Assembly (NCBI RefSeq): GCF_001949145.1 | Contig: NW_019091362.1 | Span: forward strand, 1,371,838-1,435,837 | Source: Acanthaster planci | Lineage: Eukaryota | DNA length: 64,000 bases | Direction: 5' to 3' | Shown: in pieces, positions 38,266-49,700 of the stretch | How positions within the stretch are numbered: the first letter of the stretch is position 1 | Layout: each line of letters starts with the position of its first letter | The notes under the pieces: generated by a model | Databases searched by the model: none | Told to the model about the DNA's origin: nothing | Seen by the model: only the letters and a program-made list of their open reading frames with translations | Position numbers and translations under genes: made by a program

Positions 38266-39723
38266 CAAAATCCACCTCACTTCAGCCTTGGGTTCAAGAC
38301 ACAAGTCGTCACCGGTATTGCCCGCAGTTACAAATTTACCCGCAAACCAAGCCATCACTTTGAATTTATAGTTCAGTTATGTGACTGCTTAAATTCCATT
38401 CGAGGGCAGACACACCAAAAAGTGACAATAACCCTCGGAACTCTGGAATGAAACGACAGATTCAGAACAAAGTCTCTTTGGGGAGCCCCCTGCAATCTCT
38501 TTACGTCGTGGGCTCCATCAAGTGTGAGGCCAAATTTGGAGGTTTCGTGCCCTTGGAAGACAGGGAGATAACATACTCTAAAAAACAGTTGTCCATTCAT
38601 TTTATTTAATTTACTGAAAATGAGAACGGATCACCTTTTTCTCATAATCTATACGACACTTCCATCTCAAAGAGATAAATTCCCACGTATTCTTAGTTCT
38701 GTTTACTGCACAGAATTTTAAACGGTAAGACAAAGCCACACACATCGATTTAAGTAAACAACGAAGTGATCAAGTGTAGACGACAGTGCTTTTGTGGCTC
38801 ACAGTAGGAAGAATCCTGTTTCTGATATGAAGAGACTGGAAGCTGTCCTGCCAACAGTATTTTCACACTAGTGAATTGCACACTTAATTCAATATGCATT
38901 TCATTGAAAGAAAATAGTTCAGCGTTTACAAATTGTATGTGCATCCTTTCCCAAGCCATGATAATTTGGGCAGACATTAGACAAAGATTAGATTTTTGCT
39001 GGACGAATGTACGGAGAACAATCCACAAAATCCAAACAGCTGGAGTAAGCTTGTCTATAAATCTAGATCAAATGACAGGTACGACATGAGCGCTGTGAAA
39101 AAGATACTCCAAAATACATACGACACATACAAGTGACTATCAATACCTCAATGTACATGTGTCTAGTTGCTGGATTTCTCCACATGTGGCCTCTGCACCT
39201 GGCCACTGCCCTGATTTGGCGCCCTCTCTTGACTCCTTTGTATAATAGGAGCAGTTTACCTACTTTCTCAAGAAAACATAATCAAACCTCATCCTCAAAT
39301 GATTCCTCATATTTGACCATCAAAATATATAGATCTCATGCCTGGCTCTCCAAGAAAATTTTCTTTTTCAGATTTCAAATGAAAATCTTCACCATTTCTT
39401 TGGTATACTTCACTCAGTATTAATAACTTCTTAACGGTCTCATAATTGTAATGAACATATAAAAACCTAAGTATCAGGTCTTTTATTTACTTTTTTTAAG
39501 CATACATTGTTAAACAGATATTCCCAGAATTCCTCACTTCTTGTCTGCATGTTAGTAGCACAGATTTTATTACTCATTTACTTTGACCTTTCATTTTGTT
39601 TCCTTCTTTCACCTCTCATCTTTACGGCACACAATACATTACCATGCTGTTCTGAAGAAAGAACAAGGACTTACAATGTACTTTCCATCCTTGGACAACA
39701 AAAATCATAATGGCTCTCAAACT

Positions 39724-39977
39724 CACGGACATACAGAAAAAAATCTGGACTCGGACTGAATGCCCTTAATCAGCTTATAGAGATCGTTGAATCCACTAGC
39801 GGCCATTTTACCAAGCCGAATACAAAGCTTGCCCGGCAATACCTGCCTTTAGTTCTCCCTGGCGTCAATAGAAGCGCGCCAACCCACGCATTTGTATTCA
39901 GCTCTGTAAAATGGCCGCTGCTTGGCTTGTATTTCATATAAAGGCATTGCAAGTCCAGGTTGTTTTTTACGTCCGTG
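39724..39977. mobile_element. Palindromic MITE between the convergent 3' ends of CNTD1 and DNA2
   Basis: Ends CACGGACATACAGAAAAAAATCTGGACT / AGTCCAGGTTGTTTTTTACGTCCGTG; inner IR AGCGGCCATTTTAC..GAATACAAA / TTTGTATTC..GTAAAATGGCCGCT. Confidence 0.7.
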
Positions 39978-40787
39978 CTCCAACTGTTAAATATAAATGC
40001 CCGTGTTTATAGCACCGTGAATAAATCATATCAAAGTACAAATGTCTGTTTAGTGATGTACGCCACCTTGTTTTGACAGATCAAACATTTAAATGTACAA
40101 GAGCTATCTATGCTGCGTAGCTGATGCCAAGCAGTCTGCTCAAGAACTCTTTTCATTCACATTAATGTCCTTCAGGTCATATCTGTTTAGGGTCAGGAGC
40201 AGATATTTTTTTCTGGGGAAAAATCGACTAAGCCATCAGTCCTAGAAGACAAACAAAAATTCATTTTTTTTGTTTATAGCAGTGGGTACAGAAAGGCCGG
40301 GGATTTGGACCTTAAAAAACAGAAATTTATGAGACAGGAAAATAATGACTTTTTAACCAATAATCCGTAAAACATCACCTGAAAATGTGCAGAGATACAC
40401 AGTACATGTAACTTGACTATAAGCACAAGTGACAGGAAATCCAGTTGTGTGGTGTACTGTCATGACTACCTCATGTAGTGGCAACTTCATATNNNNNNNN
40501 NNNNNNNNNNNNNNNNNNNNNNNNNNNNNNNNNNNNNNNNNNNNNNNNNNNNNNNNNNNNNNNNNNNNNNNNNNNNNNNNNNNNNNNNNNNNNNNNNNNN
40601 NNNNNNNNNNNNNNNNNNNNNNNNNNNNNNNNNNNNNNNNNNNNNNNNNNNNNNNNNNNNNNNNNNNNNNNNGTAACAATAGTCTGGAATGTGTATAGGG
40701 ATTGGCCATGTTGGGGGGGTTACCCCTCGGTCTCATTTCTTGCTGGGTATAGGCAACTTAGCAGGCCAATGTGTTAGTTGCACATCT

Positions 40788-43700
40788 TCACGTCTGACCC
40801 AAAGATGTAATGCTTGTACTGCACGCGTCTACAGGCAGATCAGAGATGTGAAAAGGGGTTAAGGAATCATCGGTTCTTGCATTTAGAATTACATTCATAT
40901 TCAACTTCAGCTTTTCTGCAATATAACTAAGGGGAGTAGCATGGGACGACTGCCCCCCCCCCGCCATTCATGCTCTTCTCACCTGGAAATTGGATGAGAG
41001 ACTACAAACCTCCCTTCAGAAATCAAGCCCCGCCTCTGATTATGCCACAACAGCTTGTGATAGTAATTTGAACTAGTAAGGGATAGCAAACACAAGCATC
41101 ATGCACAGTTTCAGTACTACTCTAAAAAATACACAAAGTGTCACCTCAGAAAAGCTGTTTTTAAGGGCTTTAGCTCCAAATACCTGCTTTGTATCCAAAA
41201 TGAGATCTTCCTTTCATTTTTGTGATCTGCTATGAGAAAACATGGCTGACCAGTTTGGTGATTTGAAAGAGAACTTGGCCATGAAAATTCAGTAACAGCA
41301 AAGAAATGTAAACCAAAAGTGCTAGACAAGAAGTTATGTCCAACACCTCAATTTTTAAACAGATTTAAAAATATGATTAAACAAAAGGATATGGAGTTAG
41401 CTGTTTGTAAGCACCCTATGAGCTGTTCCATTGGTGGATTCTCCCTGAGAACTCTGATGCAGCCAATCAGGATCAGCTTGAGTTTGGCTCTTGTAAGAGC
41501 GACGTTCAAACGACGAATGTCTTGCAGCAGAAAACCGCTCTGAGAAGAAAAAAAAAATTGGAAAAAACGCGTTAAAGTTACTGGTGAGTTTGTGCTGGAG
41601 AACTTGTAAACACGATCAGGCAATCTGCCAACACAGAACAGCAGGTGGGTTGCACTGCCAAGTATGTCTTGAGTCAGTGTTGGTGGACGTACGCTTATAC
41701 GCTTATTTTCAATATTTTTGGGACATACCCTTTAAGCCCAAGAAGTCTGTGGAGGTGGACCGTGTGTTGATTTTGATTGCTGTACGCGGAAACGACCTGT
41801 TTCAGCAAATACCGCTCCGTGGCAGTGCCTCGAAGGGTTGCAAAATATGAGGTTGAAGCAAGAAATGATACAAAAATATCGTTCAGTTAACCCTAATGGG
41901 TCAGCATTTGTGGCTTTTGGACCTACATCAAAAGATGGCCACTGCATCTTGCCTTTTTTGAAAATCAAAATTTTTGATCACAATAATATCATAAGCAAAG
42001 GGGTTTAATTCCGTCATGGCATTTGAGCTTACCACCAGTCTGCTTTTCAAGAAAACAGTTTGTGAAAAAAATTCAGTCACTTTCTAGACACGTCGGGGAT
42101 GGCGCCCTCTAACTGCAATTTATACAGGTTGGAAATCAATTCAGCAATGGTTCAGTTTGAGGGCTGCCAATGACCACACATGAAACAGAAATTCACTAGC
42201 ACACAGACGGAAATATGCCTGTCTGTTAATGAGCAAACCCACTCCCTTAGCAAATTTGCTACAAATGTTTCATTAGCCTAAGAGGATGGATCGGTGAAGC
42301 ATCGTATTAGCTATGAAACTGTTCCTCTCTAAACACCAGGGCTTTTTGAAAGCAGGGCACGGAAAAAGGAAAAAGTGTTTTAAGTGAGAGAATGTTAATT
42401 TGTTGGTCAAAGTGAGAATCTCTCCAAATGCATTTTGGGCCACTAAATTGCCTACAAAGTGATCTGTGTCATTTGTTGGTGTGTATGATTTGTACTATTT
42501 TCATTGGGGAATTTTATGCGAATAAAGAACCTGAACAGAACTGTTATTAGGCAAAACGGGGAAAAAAGAGACTTAGGCTACATCCAAATCTGTTGGCTAA
42601 AGCTACATGTGGGTCAAGGTCTTCACTCCATTGGAGATATGCAGACAATTGACCTAGCCGTAGCTCTGGAAGCCCGCTTCGAACACAGCCGTAGTTGGTC
42701 TCACCTCCGATTGTTGGTCCTTGACGGTGAAAGACACGATGATGACCTCTTTGTCTCTTCCCTGGTACTTGTCCACGGTGTTCACTTCAATGCCGTCATC
42801 CAGCATGGTTCCCAGCAGTTTGCACTGGTTACGATAAGGAGATATGACGCCGATGTTTCCAGCTGTGCAGCCACTCTGAAAATAGGTCAATGTATTGGCA
42901 ATACCGGTAAAAGATCTTTCAACAACTGACTACAAATGATCTATTCAGATCAATGTCCACTATTCCTGTAAATTTTCAAGTGATAACATCTTTCAAAGCT
43001 CATGATTTCTCATTTTATACAAATTTACTTGTTACAATGAAAACACTGTGATAAAAATTACTTAGGTTGAATGCCAAGAAACCTGAAGTCTTATCAAAGA
43101 ATAGAATAAAAATAGACTGTTCAAACCAATTTCTATAGGGCCAGCAAAAACTTTGCATTTGTTTCCAACTACATGGTAAAGAGATTAATCCTGTTGAGTA
43201 CCTTCATGAGACAAAAGACAAGATACTTCACCAGCATGGCCTCTGCTGAGTTGACTGTGTGCTTCTCACCCAAAGACTCTGGGGACTTGACCTGCTTTTT
43301 AAAACATGAAAATCACAAAATGGCTGTCTTCCCTTGTCTACAAAACAACCATAAAATAGACTCTCAAAGTCTTTAATACATCTGGTTGTGAATGACATCA
43401 ATTTCATTTTGTTTTTCTGTTTACTGGTCATGATTATTTTGTTGAATATGCACACTGAATTTTATTGCAATTTATTTCAAAATGTATGATTCTTGGAAGG
43501 ACACAGTTTTTGTATAAAATTTATCTCACTTTCAAGGGTAAATAGTGATTTAGTTCCTTAATAACAAAAAAACGACCAAGCAATCAAACACTAACAGAGA
43601 ACAGTAAATTCAATCATCAAATTTTCACTCTCACCATCTGTATATACATGTATTTAATTGCAAGCAGCAAAGATAATCTTTAATCCATTTATGTGCAACA

Positions 43701-46700
43701 GAGTAGTGTGTACACAAGGAAAATATGCAGCTGAAAAACCCTACAAGAGATTGGGCTTAGAATTATGAATGATGCAACCAGAAAAGTGGAACATTTAGAG
43801 GAACAGCTTGAGTTCTGTTGAAACTCAGAGCCAGGGTTCCCCCAGGGTGCTGGAGGGCATGAGGTGGCCAAAACTGTTGACAAAATCTGCAGTGCGGTGG
43901 TAATGGTGATGACAATGCCAATAGGCTCTCTCACGGAACATCTAAAAATGTCCTCTGAAACCATTTCATCTTAAATAAACTAATCTTGCATTCTGTGCCT
44001 CTCTTCACCAGTCAAAGCAAATAGAAGGTTACACATCATGGCAAAAATGCTCAGATTTCTGTTCTTAGGTGTTTTCTTTGATTTTTACTGTCTTGTGACA
44101 ACACATTGGTCAAAAGGACTGAGATGGTCACTGAAATGTGTGTGCCCGACTGCCCAATGGTTGGAAACACGGCAAAAGAATCCTGCTAGAGGAAATGGCA
44201 AATTTGTGCTGTCACAACAAATTTTCGTCCTGTGAAATCACAAACGTTAAAAAGGCATTTCAATCTGGACAACACAACTCACAAGATCATGACCACAATG
44301 CCTCAAAACATTTTGGAAAGTTTTCAAGTTTAGGGTAGATGTGAAGAATTTCGATTGCACGTGTAGGAAATGCAGTATTTTGAGAGCTGCATTTCTGAGT
44401 TTACTTTTACAAATGACTCAAATGACTTATAAATAATAATCTCAGATTCTTCCTGATCTGGTGCAAAATTCACAAAAGACTAAACTTGTTCAACAGAGAG
44501 TATAAGTCCAATGATGAAACATGAACAACATTTTTTCTTTCTTCAATGTCTTTCATGTTGATATACGCGTAAATCACCATCTTTTTCATTTGTATCTTTG
44601 GGAAGCAATTAACATTTCAACTCTCATGCATAGCTATTATGAAAAAATTGCAAAATGATTAAATGAATAATGTAAGATTTATTATGTTATTAGTCTTAAG
44701 CTTTCATAATCTAGACAGTCCTGTGAGGGAACCTTTCATAATTACAGAAGGCGGTATTTACTGCGGTACCGCTGTATTTTTGCGGTACCAGCATTGAGCC
44801 CTTCCAGGTAACTAGTGCGGTGCCGCTAAAAAAAACCAGCGGTACCGCAGTAAATACCGCCTTCAACAATTATGAAACGCTCCCTAATGCACACTTGGCT
44901 TTTCCTCTCCAAACTCCAAGCTATTTTCCATGTCCATCTCTTCCCTGTCTATCCATGTCCTTCAAATTACTCACAGAGTAGAAGTGCAAACATAATACAA
45001 TGTAAGTGTACATTCAGAGTGGGTTTTCTCTGGTAGCACAAGAGTTAAAATGGCTCCTTTCCACTAAAACCATTTCAGTTTGATTATTTTGGCCCTCAAG
45101 TTTTAGTTCATGTTGGTTTTCTCATCCTGCAATTTAATGCTAGATCCAATCCAGTTTTAAGCATTTTATTACGTGAGAGTGAAGATGCTGTTCTTTAACG
45201 ACTATAATGTACGATTGTACTGTGGCAGCTCTTCAGGTCAACAAGCTTGGGTCCCTTGGGACAGATGACAGAGTGTAGAATATAGATTTACAATGTACAT
45301 GGCTCTACCCGGTATGACACTTGTGCTGAGACGAGGAGTCGATGTTCACTCATATTCATAGTAAGCACAGTCTTCCACTGGCATAAAGAATTTCTTGGTG
45401 TCTACCTGGGATGCAGTGACGTTGTTGAGTTGACACAAGTCTCCTGACAAATTGAAGGAGTTGCAGAGGGGATCTGAAATGCATGCCAAGCAACACTGCA
45501 CAGGACTTGCGATGACAGTCTCCTTGAAGGCATGGCCAAGCAAACAGTAGGGCGGGATGTGACGACCAAAGTCCAAAGGGGACATGGTGCGGCAATGCAG
45601 AGGCGTACGGCACCTGTTGCGTTCGCACATGAAGGGCTTGTTGTCTGTACAATTGTACAAGTCCCAGACTCCAATGCGGTACTTCAGCACCAAACAACCA
45701 GGATGGGTCAGTTTGTTCCATGGATTCAGGCCAGTATAGTTGCCCTGGTCTCGTCCGTAGCATTCCACCCGGCCTTTGCCCGTCCTGTCGTAAGTACAAC
45801 CCAGCCATATGTAGCGGTCAGGATTGCTCCTTATGATGGCTTTGTTTAGGACTTGCCAGATGAAGTCGTTCTCGCCCTGGGAGTTGGGCACGGCTAAGTC
45901 TCCATTCTGCTGTTGGCAGACTGCCCGTGCCCGGTCCCAGTCATACAGGCTATTGGCATACATAAAGTAGCATGACTGGTTGTAACGCAACCAGTCTTGT
46001 GGACAGCCATTACTGCGTGTTTCCAGACTGGAAACAGCAGCAGCAAACATTATGAATAGTACACTAATTGTAGGCAAATGAAAACAAACAGGCATGGTTA
46101 TCCAAGTACGATGACAACAGCTAGCATCCAATTTAAAGCTCTTTTTCTTAATTCTGAAGCTAAGCTTCTCCACTGAAAAAGCAGCTAGGCTCAGTCAGGC
46201 AGATTAGTTTCCCAAGGTCCATGAACATAAATGTGCAACTGCTAAAGCCAAGTTTTTACCTCCGTTCCGCTGCCAAAGCAGAGACCGCTGCTTCAGAGCA
46301 ACTAATCGCTACCTGTCATTCTCTCCTCCGTTTTTCTTTCTTAAGTCTGTTGCTACCACCCACTTACACAAGTACATCTATTTGTGCATGTCGGTGCCTG
46401 GTATGTGCACTGCATAAAAACTGAAGGCCAGCTTCTATCTCTGGAAATCGTGAATTTTAAATGATGATCCTTTGGTGGCACAACTTGCTAATGGCTTGTT
46501 GCTCTCATTTCCTTGATATCTTGAAATGAGGAGGGGAAAGTCTCAAGCTTTTATTGGACAAAACGTCACGGTGGATGGTTCCAATTCATTAATCATCCAC
46601 AAGAAGCACTTACAAATGAGTCAGTTTGGGTCAAATCTAACCAGTGAAATCAGCCATCTGGAACTGTGTCCATCAAATTATCACCTACTCGAATAGCTGA

Positions 46701-49700
46701 CATCCACAGGCTGTACTTAGATAAAGCCAACTTTCCCAAAGGGGCTTGATACATCTGGGTTGGTGCACACCTCCCTTTTGCATGCATCCTAGAAAGGGAC
46801 TGTTCTAGATTCAGTTCCTTGCCTTGCCCACCTTACCAGCAGCAGTACAGCCAAAACTCGGCCAAAGTAATGCATTGTGCATGCTCTATACATTAGCAAC
46901 ATTACACTCCACTGAGCAAATTGCTCTGAAGACACACGGCTGACAGGTGAACCATTGAAGTACAAAGAAAAAGTAGCAAATATTTCACCACGAGTAAGCC
47001 TTCATATTTTAAAAATTAATGTGACGAAAACACAAGACTTGGTATGTTTGGTGTGTTTAAATAACTTCAACTAAATTACCTTGATGGCAAGTGTTAAGAA
47101 CACAGGGATCGGAACCTTACAAAAATGAAGACTGCGCCCATCAAACTTGATTATTTTTTTGGGCTGCATTCTTTCAAATTTATCGTCTCCCAGTACTGAT
47201 GAACAGCAGCGGTGGAACCATTTCCAAAGGGGGGGGGGATGACCATGAGACCATCAGGCATCAACTATTAATAGACCNNNNNNNNNNNNNNNNNNNNNNN
47301 NNNNNNNNNNNNNNNNNNNNNNNNNNNNNNNNNNNNNNNNNNNNNNNNNNNNNNNNNNNNNNNNNNNNNNNNNNNNNNNNNNNNNNNNNNNNNNNNNNNN
47401 NNNNNNNNNNNNNNNNNNNNNTGAATAGAGCCCAGATTGTGCGGTGTTATACAACTGTCTTTTGTTCACGAACCTGGCTCAGTGCACTGCTGGCCTCTTT
47501 TCAATAGGGGCCAGATAAGCATGCAGCGGTGCTGTGTGGCTCGTCGCTGCGGTGGTGGAGCGCTTTTGTCCCCGGTGGTAATCCGCTTGCTCTCAATGCC
47601 CCAAACCCTGGTATACAGTTTCAAAACAAGGCTGGATTATCACCACTTTTGAGAGTGAAAAATGCCTGTAATGCCCAGCAGCCTGGTCTTTTGTTCAGAG
47701 TACTGTCTTTTGTTACAGGGCCCAGTTTCCTTTGTCCGAGTTCGGAGACCCCGGCCACGCATATAAACCATACGGCTCCGAGTTCGGAGACCCCGGCCAC
47801 GCATATAAACCATACGGCTCCGATTTCGGAGTCCCCGGCTGGTAGTTGGTAAGCCACACCCCATTAAAAGAACCTGCCAAAAGTGCGTAGTGGGGGAGGG
47901 GGTGAGGCCCAGTCAAAAAAGTTACAGGGCCACTCCTGCCCCCTCCGGCTTCCACGACCAATGCTCATGAAGAGGGACAAAGACCTCAGGAACTATACTT
48001 CAGACTACACTCAAAACGCGATGGTCCTAGGTTAGCTTGAACAGTGATGCCATGACACACAAGTCTGGTAACATTTCCTTTTGGCCAACTATTGAGGCAG
48101 CATATAAAAAGGCATTATTTGATTTACATTTGTCTTTTTTCAACTTATTTCTAAGGTCAGAAATTAAAAATGCAGCCATACAAGTGCCAACACCTTTTCT
48201 GGTTGGGTTTTCCATGCATCTGTGCACAAACACGGATACACGGACAGATGAAGCACTTGTTTTATTTTGGTACTTTGACCTTTTTTTTTCAAAATTTTGA
48301 ATGGGTGTATTATTAGCTGACCACTGAAACAAAACACAGCAATGCAATGCCAAAAAGGACAAACCTTCATTAAAATTTGATCTAGTAATTGGAGGCATTA
48401 AGCTATTGTGGTAGCGGTCATGACAGCTAGCTTAAGCTTTTTAAAGCATCAATACTTTAACGCAAAGCTGCTTTTCGGTGCAAACAATAGCTACTAACAA
48501 AGTTTTAATTATTCAACTGAACCTTCTGTTGTCATCGAAATACACAAAGAGAAACAACTGTTTGACTGTGTACGGAAATATTTGTTTATCAGTCCTCTGA
48601 TGCAACTTTTATGCTTGGTTGAGAGTTCCCTCGAGTCTGAGGATTTTTAACCGATATATTTCTATGGATTTGCGGAAATGTAACAGAATACATAGTAATC
48701 TCTGAATACATTTTACTTGTTTCAATAACAACGGTAATTTTTGTGTTTAAGTCACTTACGTTGAGTGTATGTCTGAGTGTCACAGGTCACGACTCACTAT
48801 TATGTGGAATATCAGTTATTCCCTCTACTGAGCAGATAGATGTGTTGGCTTCCAGACACCAACAAATTGCAGCGCAATAATTGTCAATGCTAGCGTGCTC
48901 AACGCAGAACTGTCGTGTATCGGGGGGGGCCATCTGCTCCCTGAGGCATGTAAACAATTTCTTTTTATTTTGTTCTGAGGAGTTTAAGGCACCCAGCACT
49001 TTAGGGAAAAACAATTTTAGGCAAAGCCAATGGCAGCAGCTCTTGAGGCAGAGAGAAAAGATCATGGATGGACAACAGGTCAAAATGGAGGAAAGTGTCA
49101 CCAAAGCTCTGTCAGAATATGGCACGTGATCATGCTAATGATGACTGCCAAAATTCCCCTCCCTCCCACCGACACAAGACCTACCTACACCACTGCACTG
49201 ACCTATAAAAGTGCCATTCTCTGTTAAATTCCTGACACAGTTCCCATATTTCAAAATGCATACCTTGTCAGTGTTGAGGAAGCATACAGTGGTTGCTGGC
49301 TGGAGAGCTTTCAGTGTCCATGAATTGTCACCGGACCCTGCTAAGAGTTCCTGCATTAAGAATTTTAAATCATTTTCACTTTCAACACTCAGTTAATAAC
49401 GTCATCCAAAAAGTACTTTTCATTTTTAAGGCTTCATAAAAGAGAAAAAAAGGACCGTATGCTGAATACAAATTCTTTTCCCCTTCCTCCAGTCTCAAAT
49501 CTGCATTCAGAACTACGGTCAGTCTTTTTAGTTCAACATCGGCCATTATATTAATGACTAACTTAATAATTCAAATGAATACATCGCAAGGGATAGAAAG
49601 TATCTTTACCGATTTGACAGAATCCCATTTGGGTAGACGCAGTGTTGCCATGGAAACCTTTTCATTTCCACACTGAAGCCTGTCTTCATACACCAGCGCA

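Noticed and set aside
45356..45849. Alternative-frame and antisense ORFs over the lectin gene
   Set aside because: Shadow ORFs of a GC-richer coding exon with no recognisable motifs.
46096..46173. 275-aa lectin ORF starting at GTG 46173, or a DNA2-lectin fusion exon
   Set aside because: The GTG overlaps a splice acceptor; the signal peptide starts at ATG 46095; the acceptor phase is incompatible with the phase-0 DNA2 donor at 49264.
47529..47961. Overlapping ORFs with 14-aa repeats ([14 protein letters not shown]) or a CRISPR-like array
   Set aside because: These are translations of a 42-bp tandem repeat with no unique spacers, part of a transposon end in eukaryotic DNA.
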